In this document: positions 1 to 8,715 of the stretch, piece after piece | Numbering within the stretch: the first letter of the stretch is position 1 | Layout of the letters: every line of letters starts with the position of its first letter | IMG/VR virus record: IMGVR_UViG_3300029288_000100 | Span: 46,099-110,098 of that record | DNA length: 64,000 nucleotides | DNA from: a virus | Lineage: Duplodnaviria; Caudoviricetes | Reading direction: 5' to 3' (one strand) | Notes under the pieces: model-generated | The model's input: only the letters and a program-made list of their open reading frames with translations | The model's database searches: none | Told to the model about the DNA's origin: nothing | Position numbers and translations under genes: made by a program

Positions 1-438
1 GTGAGCCTTCCAGCCTGATGTGACCCCAGCCGGCCACTCGGCCGAGCCCCAGGCAAAACCGTAGCTCCCGCACCCGCTCTTGGGGCTGCAGTCGGGTCCC
101 TTCGAGCCCATGGCGCACACTCCGGCCACCTTGCACGGCTCGGGACGCTGGACCACGCAGAAGCCGGGCCGGGGCTTGTCGAGGGCGCGGGCCGCCTGCT
201 CGTAGGTAACCAGCCCGGCGCGGGTGGCCTCGTGAGTGTAGAGCACCACCAGGAGATCAGCGAAGCGGATGACCTCGGGATCAGCGCTGCAGGCCTGGAC
301 AGTGTTCAGGGTGTACTTGGTCTGCTGCCAGGCCGGAGTCAGCCCGTGGCGCGCGGTGGTGGAGCAGCCCGCGACGAGCAGCGCCAGGATCAGGAGGCCG
401 GCGCGGTGGTTGTGCCACCCGGTTCCAAGGACCTCCAC
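1..438 (-). CDS. Cys-rich lipoprotein, 3'-truncated by the window edge (possible o-spanin/lysis-region lipoprotein)
   Basis: Hand translation from GTG at 438: VEVLGTGWHNHRAGLLILALLVAGCSTT (lipobox LVAGC); open to position 1; GGAGG RBS upstream. Confidence 0.6.
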   Translation of the reverse strand, partial: MEVLGTGWHNHRAGLLILALLVAGCSTTARHGLTPAWQQTKYTLNTVQACSADPEVIRFADLLVVLYTHEATRAGLVTYEQAARALDKPRPGFCVVQRPEPCKVAGVCAMGSKGPDCSPKSGCGSYGFAWGSAEWPAGVTSGWKAH

Positions 439-441
439 AGC

Positions 442-774
442 TCACCTCCTGCCGGCGATCCGGCGCATGTCTCGCTGCATCTCCTGCAGCGTCTGGTTGA
501 TGGACCGCAGATCAGCCTGCGTCTGCAGCACCGCCCGCTCGTGTTCGGCCCGCGGGGTGTAGCGGCGGGGCATGTCCTGGTGCGCGCGGTCCACGTCGCT
601 ATCGCAGTGCTGACGAATCGCGGCGCCCACCTCAGCCTTGACCCGCTCCTGCTGCTCGCCGGCGAACGCGAACACTGCGATCCCGAGAGAGACGATGAGC
701 CCGAGCAGGCCGAGTGTGGGCACGCTGGACTTGAGTTTCGCCGCGCTGAGCGGCCCTGACGGCTCCTTGGTCAT
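442..774 (-). CDS. Single-TM protein with coiled-coil tail (holin/spanin-like)
   Basis: MTKEPS..LGLLGLIVSLGIAVFAF TM segment then coiled coil; ATGA overlap with upstream ORF. Confidence 0.6.
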   Translation of the reverse strand: MTKEPSGPLSAAKLKSSVPTLGLLGLIVSLGIAVFAFAGEQQERVKAEVGAAIRQHCDSDVDRAHQDMPRRYTPRAEHERAVLQTQADLRSINQTLQEMQRDMRRIAGRR

Positions 775-1007
775 GATGGCACCTTCACCTTGAACTTGTG
801 ACAGACCCCCTGGAGCATCATCTCCATGCGGTCCAGTCGCAGGTTGACCTCGTCCACCTGCTGGTGCAGGCGCTTGACTACCTGGGCCAGGACACGGTGC
901 CCCTCGTCGAGCATGTCCTGGCGCTCGTCGAGTTCCTCGAGTGCAGTGTCTTTGGCGCCTCCCGGGAGAACTTTCAGCTCGGCGCTTTGCTGTTGCTTTC
1001 GGGTCAC
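771..1007 (-). CDS. Small coiled-coil phage protein
   Basis: Heptad-rich ORF coupled to both neighbours. Confidence 0.65.
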   Translation of the reverse strand: MTRKQQQSAELKVLPGGAKDTALEELDERQDMLDEGHRVLAQVVKRLHQQVDEVNLRLDRMEMMLQGVCHKFKVKVPS

Positions 1008-1010
1008 AGA

Positions 1011-2291
1011 TTACCCCCCTGCTCTGCAGGTGCTCGGTTGTGGTTGTCGCTTCCCCAGGTCTGCATAGATCTTCCGGCGCGTCGCCGGCCACCCCTGTTT
1101 GAGCAGCTGGCGCGCCACGGAGCGCACAGAGTCGGCCTGAGTTGATGAGAGTAGCCACGGCCGTTTGGTGCGATCGATCGCCACGCCACAGCGCACGAGG
1201 AGCCGGTCCACCGCGCCGCGTGCAACGCCCAGCTCCCGGGCTAGGTCAGACACCGCGATGCCGCCGGAGCGCCACAGGCCGAGCCGTCGTACACGCTGGG
1301 TGACCGCGTAATTGCTCTTGCCGAGCCGGACGGCGATGTCGCGCACCAGGTGCCCACTGGGGTAGAGCTGGCGCAGCTCCGCGTCCTGCTCCGCGGTCCA
1401 CCTGTTGCTCCTGGTCGGTTGCGGACGGGCGGGATCAGCGCGCGCCCATCTCCTCCGCTGCCCGCGTGTGAGTAAGCGGCGCAGGCGCGCGGCGATCGCA
1501 GTTGAGGGTCGGCCGAGTGGCGCAGCGAGTAGGCGTCCGCATTCCTCCGCGTCGGGTCGGCCTGCAGCTTCCCAGCGCTGTAGGAGCCGCGCCTCCTCCT
1601 CGGCCGTCCACCAGCGATGGATGGACCAGCTCGGGGGGATGGGCCCATCGCCCGATGGCCGCTGTGCGAGCACTCGGAGCGCCTGCTGTTCGATCTGTTG
1701 TACTCGCTGCCGGGTGATGCCCAGCCTTCTGCCAATCGCGTCGAAAGGCATCCCACAGCGCAGGTGGAGCCGTAGAACCTCCACCTGCCTCGGGGTGAGG
1801 GCAGCCAACATGCGCCGCACCCCCTTGTCGTCCTCGTCAGCGATGAGCGCGGTGAGCAACTCGCGTCCGTCGACGCCGACCATTCGCGCAACCAGCGCGC
1901 GATCATCCTCCTCGCCGGGTTGTGTAGTATCCAGGGACGTGGTTGAGGGTAGCGAAGCCGCCAGGTCGCGGTCGTGGGCACTCTTTTCGAGCACGTACTC
2001 AGGCACGCGGATCGTCCGACCGCAACGCTTGAGGTACCGGCCGATCATGGCGGTCACCCAGTACTTCGCGTAGGTGGTGAAGGTGTTTCCCCGTGCCGGG
2101 TCGAAGAGCTCGAGCGCGCGAATCAGACCCGTGCGACCCTCCTGGAGCAAGTCCTCCATCTCCATACCGAGGCGTCTGGCTCGAACCGCGTACCTTTTGG
2201 CCACGTGTCGAACGAAGGCATCGTGTCGCTCGAGCACGACGGAGAGTGCAACCGTTCCGGCGCGTAGCTCGGCGATGAGGTCGGCGCTCAC
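1011..2291 (-). CDS. Sigma-70 family sigma factor with C-terminal Myb/HTH-like extension
   Basis: Region 2 (EDLLQEGRTGLIRALELFDPARGNTFTTYAKYWV, RTIRVP), region 4 (LTPRQVEVLRL..IGRRLGITRQRVQQIEQQAL), then two WT.E repeats and an HTH. Confidence 0.88.
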   Translation of the reverse strand: MSADLIAELRAGTVALSVVLERHDAFVRHVAKRYAVRARRLGMEMEDLLQEGRTGLIRALELFDPARGNTFTTYAKYWVTAMIGRYLKRCGRTIRVPEYVLEKSAHDRDLAASLPSTTSLDTTQPGEEDDRALVARMVGVDGRELLTALIADEDDKGVRRMLAALTPRQVEVLRLHLRCGMPFDAIGRRLGITRQRVQQIEQQALRVLAQRPSGDGPIPPSWSIHRWWTAEEEARLLQRWEAAGRPDAEECGRLLAAPLGRPSTAIAARLRRLLTRGQRRRWARADPARPQPTRSNRWTAEQDAELRQLYPSGHLVRDIAVRLGKSNYAVTQRVRRLGLWRSGGIAVSDLARELGVARGAVDRLLVRCGVAIDRTKRPWLLSSTQADSVRSVARQLLKQGWPATRRKIYADLGKRQPQPSTCRAGG

Positions 2292-2354
2292 AGTCCGTTT
2301 CCAGTAGTTGACCGAGTGGTGAGATCACACCTCATGCGGTGCTCTCGGGTTCTG

Positions 2355-2786
2355 TCAGCTCTTGCTCTGTGGATTGGCCGGGAGGAGGTACTTTCCGAGG
2401 AGGCTCCAGAGCCCGGCGGCGCCGGCCCCCTGCACGAGCGCGGAAAGCAGAGCCTCGTGCCAGACCACCCCGGAGGCGAGCGATGTGAACAGCTGGGTCA
2501 GCAGCCCCAGCGCGACCGCGATCCACGGGATGGCTTGGGTGGGCAGCCTCCGCGCGAGGAGGGGGACGCGGTTGAGACCCCATGTTGCCAGCATCGTCAG
2601 GAACGCGATCCCGAGGAACCACTTCCCACCCTTGAAGGCGTCGACGACTCCATCGAGGAGTGCGCCGGCATCATCGGGGTTCACCTGGACCTCGACGGTG
2701 GTTGAGGTCGGGGTCTCTGCTGGGGCGGGCGTCGCCGCACACAGGCACATCAGGACGAACATCGCTGAGACGAGCTTCTTGATCAT
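2355..2786 (-). CDS. Multi-TM membrane protein, putative holin
   Basis: Signal peptide plus about 3 hydrophobic helices directly downstream of the tail fiber. Confidence 0.6.
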   Translation of the reverse strand: MIKKLVSAMFVLMCLCAATPAPAETPTSTTVEVQVNPDDAGALLDGVVDAFKGGKWFLGIAFLTMLATWGLNRVPLLARRLPTQAIPWIAVALGLLTQLFTSLASGVVWHEALLSALVQGAGAAGLWSLLGKYLLPANPQSKS

Positions 2787-2872
2787 GGGTCACCTCACAC
2801 ACCCAGTGGAGCGCGGTGTGAGCGGTGCCCGCCAAACAGAATGAACGAATTCCAGGTGGGAACAGCCGAGGA

Positions 2873-5263
2873 TCAGGACACGTTGTTGCCGCTGTTCCCG
2901 TGAACCGCCGTCTCGTCCCAGGTCGACCAGTAATCGAGGAGGAGACGGTGGTTCCCGGTTGCCGCGGTTAAGGTCTGCACCTGCGCCTCGAGACTCCAGC
3001 GGTTCGCGTCCGCAGCAAGGTTGATTGCATCCGGGATCGCGGTGGTGAGGTCGATCGAATCTGAGGCCAACTTCGTCCCGAGCCAGAATCCGACCTCCGT
3101 CGCCGTGATGAAGGCGAGGTAGAAGTTTCGGTAGTCGACGGCCCCGGCGACGCCGGTATTCACCTCGACCTCATTCGCGCCGTCCGTGCAGTAGAACCGC
3201 CAGTTCGGAGACGCCGCCGGGTCGCGCTGGAACCCGATCCTGATGTTCGTCCCCTCCACCACCAGCCCGAGGAACGCCCACTGGCTGTCGAGGCTCGCGA
3301 GCGCCGCGCGGAAAAAGGCGCGCGGGCGGTAGACCCCTGTCCGCAGCGAGACGGTGTCCGGACCGTTCAGGATCGCCTGGTCGAGGAGCCCGTCTCCAGA
3401 GATGAGCTCGACGATCCCACCAGCCCCGGCTACATCGGGGAGGATCCGGACGTTCCCCCCAGCACCGATGCTGGTCACTGTCGCTTTGAACTGCGGAGGT
3501 GCCTGTGTCGCCAGCTGCCAGTTCTCTGCGCGGTAGTGGAAGTCATCCTCATAGAAGTGCCCGCGCGCGATCCGCCCGTAGGCGTCGAAGACGACGGGCA
3601 CGAACCCGTTCGAGTCGACGACGCGCCCGACGATGCCACCCGGGATCAGCCCGTTAACGGAGGAGCCGTCGAGGTTCAAGCCGATCCCCAGGTCCTTCTC
3701 CGGGGAGACCCCGGCGTAGTCCGGCTGGAGGGTCAGCTCACGGAACTCCCCATGCCCCTTATTGTTGAACGCGCTCCCGCGCGTCACCGACCCCTTGACG
3801 CTCCCGTCGTCGTAGAACTCGGCGCTCGCCGCTGCGGCGTTCGGGAAGAACCGGTGTGCGGCTGTCCCGGCGCCCCCGACGTTGCCACCCGCGCTGCACG
3901 CCCCGCGGAGTCCCTCGCTTCTCGGTGCGGCGGCAGCAAAGCCCTCGCCCGCGCTCCACGACGCAGCGCGCAGGAAGCTCACTTCTCCCGACTCGCCAGC
4001 GGCGAACGCGGCGAGCGTGCCGTCCCGGTTCCGGAGCGTCACGGTGTCGGCGTCGTCGACCGCCCCGAGGAGGTAGAGTCCATCTGCGGAGACGGTTCCA
4101 TCGACCCGGGCGAGATCACACGCGGGTGACAGCCCCGCGGCGGTGAGGTCGAGTGCCCCGCCCCGAGTGAGGTCAAGCTTCCCATCTGCCAGGGTGTCGC
4201 AGTTCTCTCGGGCGAGCAGCACGTCACCGGCTTTCGACAACGCACGCAGACCCGCGAGAGTGACGCCATCCGTCTCGCGCGCAAGGATCTCCGCGGCGAT
4301 CCCGTGCGCCTCCGTCGACCCCAGCCGACTCACGCGGAGTGCGGCGCCGTCGACGTCGCCCGAGCTCGCGCCCTCAGAGGCGATCTCGACGGCCCCGGCG
4401 TCGACGAGGACTGTCCGCCCGCTCCCGCCCCCGAGGCTTCCATCGTAGGCGGTGTCGAGGGTCGGCGTCAGCCCCGAGGTCACATCCACCTGGTCCGCGC
4501 TGTTGAAGTTGGCCGGGCCGATCGCCCCGCCGGTACCCGTGAGGATGGTCAGGAAAGCGTATGCCGCTTCAGCGCGGAGATCAGTGTTGCGTCGCACCGT
4601 GAGCCCGGTCGCGGCGACCTGGTAGTCCGCGGGCGTCGTCGAGGCGGAGCCGCCCGGCTGCCCGAGGAGCCCGCTCGTGGTGATGATGTTGTGCCCATCC
4701 GACCAGGCCACAACCAGGTCCCGCTCGATCGCGACCGCCTCCACCCCATGCCGCGGAGCTCGAAGCCAGACGGTGACCCGGCGCCCGGCATGCGAGACAC
4801 CTGCCTCGAAGACGGAGTCCACATCGATCTCGAGCACACCTGCACCCTCGACGACAGAGGTGGGATCCGCGACGACTCCGATCCGGTCCTCCAGGAAGTT
4901 GTAGTGGTAGAGTCCCGTCCGGGGGTTCCGGACGACCTCATACGGGATCAGGCAGTGCTTGGCGGCGATGTAGTAGGCCACACCGAGGGCGTTCTCACAC
5001 GCGATCTGCTCGGCGTCCGCCGCGGTGGGGGACATCAGGTAACCGTCCCCATCGAGCATCTCCTTGGGGAGGTTGTCGACCTTGAAGGCGTTGGCGCCGT
5101 CCCCGTCGAACTCGGCGACCCCGAAGACGCCCCTGCGGCTACCCCAGACACGGTGCGCGATCGCGAGGAGCTGGTTGCTGAGATAGTCGAGGAGGCCCGT
5201 GCTGAAGGCCTCTTGCGGCAGGTGCCGCTTATCAGCCATGTCTGTTCGCTTGTCGCCCGTCAT
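2873..5263 (-). CDS. Putative tail fiber / receptor-binding protein
   Basis: Follows baseplate J and I-like genes; Gly/Ala-rich beta segments and a C-terminal lectin-like region; GGAGGTG RBS before ATG 5263. Confidence 0.7.
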   Translation of the reverse strand: MTGDKRTDMADKRHLPQEAFSTGLLDYLSNQLLAIAHRVWGSRRGVFGVAEFDGDGANAFKVDNLPKEMLDGDGYLMSPTAADAEQIACENALGVAYYIAAKHCLIPYEVVRNPRTGLYHYNFLEDRIGVVADPTSVVEGAGVLEIDVDSVFEAGVSHAGRRVTVWLRAPRHGVEAVAIERDLVVAWSDGHNIITTSGLLGQPGGSASTTPADYQVAATGLTVRRNTDLRAEAAYAFLTILTGTGGAIGPANFNSADQVDVTSGLTPTLDTAYDGSLGGGSGRTVLVDAGAVEIASEGASSGDVDGAALRVSRLGSTEAHGIAAEILARETDGVTLAGLRALSKAGDVLLARENCDTLADGKLDLTRGGALDLTAAGLSPACDLARVDGTVSADGLYLLGAVDDADTVTLRNRDGTLAAFAAGESGEVSFLRAASWSAGEGFAAAAPRSEGLRGACSAGGNVGGAGTAAHRFFPNAAAASAEFYDDGSVKGSVTRGSAFNNKGHGEFRELTLQPDYAGVSPEKDLGIGLNLDGSSVNGLIPGGIVGRVVDSNGFVPVVFDAYGRIARGHFYEDDFHYRAENWQLATQAPPQFKATVTSIGAGGNVRILPDVAGAGGIVELISGDGLLDQAILNGPDTVSLRTGVYRPRAFFRAALASLDSQWAFLGLVVEGTNIRIGFQRDPAASPNWRFYCTDGANEVEVNTGVAGAVDYRNFYLAFITATEVGFWLGTKLASDSIDLTTAIPDAINLAADANRWSLEAQVQTLTAATGNHRLLLDYWSTWDETAVHGNSGNNVS

Positions 5264-5276
5264 CAGATCACCTCCT

Positions 5277-8200
5277 TTAGCGCGGGACCTCGGGTCCCAC
5301 GCGCACGAAGTCCATGGGGTTGGGGTCGACCTGCACATAGCGGCAGGTCAGGGTCTGCCCCGCGGCGCACGCTAGCCCGACGTGTCCTGCAGCGGGTACC
5401 CCCGCGACGTCGGCTGCGAGCAGCTGGCGGCCGTCAAGCAGCGCCCTCGCTCGCGTGGACCCTGCAATCTGGATCACCTCGAGCGAGAGCACTGACTCCA
5501 CCTCCAGCCGCGGTGCTGGGAGGACGACGCTCACTTCGACTGTCCGCACGCCGGCCGCGACCTTCTCGAGGGAGAGCGTTGCCGCCGACGCACCCGAGGG
5601 CGTCAGGCGGGCGGCGAGGAGGTTGCTCTCGTCCTGCACGCGCCCGCGAACCTCCCACCAGTGGTTCAGGACCAGGCTCTCTGGGGTCAGGCGCGCAGAG
5701 ACAGCGACGTCCGCCCAGAGGTGGTCTCCAGGTTCGTCGCACTCCGCCGCGGCCGCGCCCGACATCGTCAGCGTGCCCGCTTCGCGGTCCTGCACCACCG
5801 TGCCGGAGACCGCAACCCAGGTCTCTGCCCTCCGCCAGGTCTCGATGAGCAGCGGGAAGCGCAGGTAGATTCGTTCGTTCACCCGGCGCATCACCCCGCA
5901 GATCTCAGCGACGAGCTCGCGGTCGAGCGTTCTGTCCGGGTCGGGAACAAGAACGTCGATCAAGTACTCGTCAGGGTCCAGCCCCACATGGTAGCTGCTC
6001 GGCAAGCCGGACGGTGCCGCGAGTCCGAAGTAATCGGTCAGACAGAAGTACTTCTCAGCGACGGCGTCCCAGTGGGCAAAGCTCTCTCGCGTCAGGCGCG
6101 CCTCCAGGGAGCGCACACGCACCGGGCGGTCTACACCCGGTGTCGTCCCGAGGAGGGAGGTCAGCTCAAAGCGGAGTCGGTCCGTCAGGACCTGTGCGAC
6201 TACGTCAGGTGGTGCGGAGACGCGCGAGACGGGTGCGCGAGGGAGCCACGCACTCGCCCCCGGCGTCACTGGCAAGCCGAGCTCGACCTCTCCCTCGATC
6301 CCACGCCACCGGAACCACGGCAGCACGAGCACCTGACGTCCGAGGAATGCGCGCAAGGTGCGTTGCAGTCCGGCGTCCGTGCCGCGGGTTCTCCAAGCAC
6401 GGACAGCCAGCTTAGCGAGCGCACGGAGTTTGTCGGCGGTCAGGCGGCCCACGATCTGACTCATCGCCGTGTCGAGGCCGAGCACTGGCACGAGGTGCCG
6501 GAGCGCCTGGTCTGGGGTGAGGTCGAGGTCCTGGAGCTCGAGCAACCGGGCCGCGTTGACGTAGATCTGCTCATACTCCGCCTGTGGACCGGTGAGCCAG
6601 CGTCGGAGGAGTCCTCCCCCATCTTCTGTCTGGTCAGCGTCACGGATGCTCTGGATGAGGTACGAGTAGATGTCCTTTTCCCATGTCCCGGGGGAGATGA
6701 ACTTGATGGTGCTCGCCGCGAGGACAGTGCCCGCGAGATCAGTGATACTCATGTGTCCTCCATCGGTGAGAACCCGGAACTGGAAGGTGTTCGAGAGGAC
6801 GTTCGGTGGTTCCGCGTTGTCTTCCGCGTAGCACTCGACGGTGATGTATTTCCCTTTCGGGTAGGCCGCGTCCGGCGTGACTATGTAGCGCTTTCCATTC
6901 GGGACGTCGAAGATGAGTACGGTAAACCCCGTCTGAGCTGCACCGTTCAGGACCGCGTAGGTGCCATTCAGGGCAAGGTCGACACTGCTCAGCTTCAGGC
7001 CGGAGTCCGGATCTTGGATGTCCACCACGACGGTTGGGCGCTGAGGGTTCCCGCTCGAGTCAATTACGGGGGAGATCACGGTCAGAACAGGAGCAGTCAA
7101 GTCGAGGGACGCCGGTGGAAGCTCCGCCAGCACCTGGAACGGAACCACCGAGGACAAGATGGGAGCGACTCCAGCGATACCGTTCCGCCACTGAACGGTC
7201 AGGGTACGTGCCCCCGCTGTCAGGGCCGCAGGGAAGGAGACAGTTCGATAGTCAAACTTCCCAGTGCCAGACGCACCCTCGACGAACCCGCGCACCTCAT
7301 CCTGGAGAACGATTTCTTCTGGAGTACCCTGGTCGACGAGCAGTCGAAAGACCGCCGAGGAGGAGTTGCGTGCCAATCCACAGACCAGCTTCAGGATGTG
7401 GTCACCACTGATGCTGAGGTTAAACGGTACACTTGTGAGCGAGGCGTGGATATCGTGGTAGGCCAGATCGGCAGGTCCCACCGGGACTGCTGGGTATGCC
7501 TGGATTATCTCCTGCGCATCAGGGGTCCGTCTGGCGATCAGCTGAACCCAGTTATAGCTGTCCATGACCACACTGGACGTCCCACCGTTCGACTTCCACT
7601 GGAGCGTAGCAGTGTGTGCGCCAGAGCTCAGGTTGGCGAACGCGAAGGAAGTCACATACGACATCGATGGTCCATGCCCGGACGACCACCAATAGCTGAA
7701 GCACTGGAAGAGATCGTCGTCCTCGATGACAGTCTCACCAGGGAGTCCGCGGTCGAGCACGATCCTGTACGTCCAGTAGGCACTTGATTCGATACTGACG
7801 TACCCGGAGGTCATCAGCTGAAGCTCGTAGCGGTCCCCACGTGTCACCGTGAATGGGACCTCAGTCAGTGCCGGGTCGATGTCCTCCCAGTCAACGGTAC
7901 CCAAGGACTGGGTGCCTGGAATCGCGTCCAGCATGGTGATTCGATCTGATAGGTAGCTCAGGAGCTGCCCGGTCACTGTGAAGGAGCTGGTCGTCCAGAC
8001 CGCGATCGTTTTCAGTGAACGATCCCACTGAAGCGTGCAGGTGTGCCCCCCCGCCGTCAGTGTAAGAGCGAATGAGACAGTCTTGTTGCATCGGTTGGTG
8101 CAGCCGAGGGGGACGTAGAACTGCGTCCGCCCGTCCCCTCCGAGGGTCTGTTCTCCGGGAAGTCCCCTGTCGACGATGATCTTGACGTTCCCCACCGCGG

Positions 8201-8372
8201 CTTGATAGGTGCTCCCGAGGGTGAGGGTGGCGAGGATGTCGTAGGTTCCTGCTACGGTCACTGTGAAGGGAACGTCGCTCAGGTTCCCGTCGATATCCTC
8301 CCATCCAGCCACCGCCTTGGTGTGGTTGGCTGCCGGCTGGGCGTTCAGGAGCGTTAGGTCCATACCGGACAC
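5277..8372 (-). CDS. Baseplate wedge gpI-like protein with N-terminal repeat/Ig-like extension
   Basis: C-terminal half has LDLTPDQALRHL and WRTRGTDAGL (gpI/tail_P2_I-like); N-terminal half has three ~140-aa repeats and an Ig-like domain. Confidence 0.75.
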   Translation of the reverse strand: MSGMDLTLLNAQPAANHTKAVAGWEDIDGNLSDVPFTVTVAGTYDILATLTLGSTYQAAVGNVKIIVDRGLPGEQTLGGDGRTQFYVPLGCTNRCNKTVSFALTLTAGGHTCTLQWDRSLKTIAVWTTSSFTVTGQLLSYLSDRITMLDAIPGTQSLGTVDWEDIDPALTEVPFTVTRGDRYELQLMTSGYVSIESSAYWTYRIVLDRGLPGETVIEDDDLFQCFSYWWSSGHGPSMSYVTSFAFANLSSGAHTATLQWKSNGGTSSVVMDSYNWVQLIARRTPDAQEIIQAYPAVPVGPADLAYHDIHASLTSVPFNLSISGDHILKLVCGLARNSSSAVFRLLVDQGTPEEIVLQDEVRGFVEGASGTGKFDYRTVSFPAALTAGARTLTVQWRNGIAGVAPILSSVVPFQVLAELPPASLDLTAPVLTVISPVIDSSGNPQRPTVVVDIQDPDSGLKLSSVDLALNGTYAVLNGAAQTGFTVLIFDVPNGKRYIVTPDAAYPKGKYITVECYAEDNAEPPNVLSNTFQFRVLTDGGHMSITDLAGTVLAASTIKFISPGTWEKDIYSYLIQSIRDADQTEDGGGLLRRWLTGPQAEYEQIYVNAARLLELQDLDLTPDQALRHLVPVLGLDTAMSQIVGRLTADKLRALAKLAVRAWRTRGTDAGLQRTLRAFLGRQVLVLPWFRWRGIEGEVELGLPVTPGASAWLPRAPVSRVSAPPDVVAQVLTDRLRFELTSLLGTTPGVDRPVRVRSLEARLTRESFAHWDAVAEKYFCLTDYFGLAAPSGLPSSYHVGLDPDEYLIDVLVPDPDRTLDRELVAEICGVMRRVNERIYLRFPLLIETWRRAETWVAVSGTVVQDREAGTLTMSGAAAAECDEPGDHLWADVAVSARLTPESLVLNHWWEVRGRVQDESNLLAARLTPSGASAATLSLEKVAAGVRTVEVSVVLPAPRLEVESVLSLEVIQIAGSTRARALLDGRQLLAADVAGVPAAGHVGLACAAGQTLTCRYVQVDPNPMDFVRVGPEVPR

Positions 8373-8442
8373 TTTCGCGTCGGTGGGGTGATGATAACTG
8401 GAGCGGCGCCGGCGGCGTGGGCAAGCTCACAGTGGGTGATGC

Positions 8443-8673
8443 TCATGCTCCCTCCACTCTGAGTCGATAGGTGTGCCACTCCTGCTGGCGCGTCGTCGTC
8501 ACGAGGACCGTATCGGCGGTGAGCCGTCGCACCCGCACCGCCCGCAGGTCGTCTGAGAAGACGTAGCGACTGGGGTCGCAGAGGTCCTGGTTGAGAAGCA
8601 TCGCGGTGGAAAAGGTCACTCGCACAGTGTGCTCGTCGAGTGACTCGGCGACTAGCACTGTCGGTTCAGTCAT
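8443..8673 (-). CDS. Small Ig-like domain protein
   Basis: TVRVTFS..DPSRYVF..V.VTT..Q..YRLRV pattern typical of Big_5-like beta sandwiches. Confidence 0.6.
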   Translation of the reverse strand: MTEPTVLVAESLDEHTVRVTFSTAMLLNQDLCDPSRYVFSDDLRAVRVRRLTADTVLVTTTRQQEWHTYRLRVEGA

Positions 8674-8715
8674 TGAGTGCAGATCTCCATAAGCATCCCA
8701 CCCTGCAAACTGCTC

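Noticed and set aside
2873-8372. Diversity-generating retroelement or invertase shufflon acting on the fiber genes
   Set aside because: No reverse transcriptase, invertase or nucleotide-level template/variable repeat pair seen
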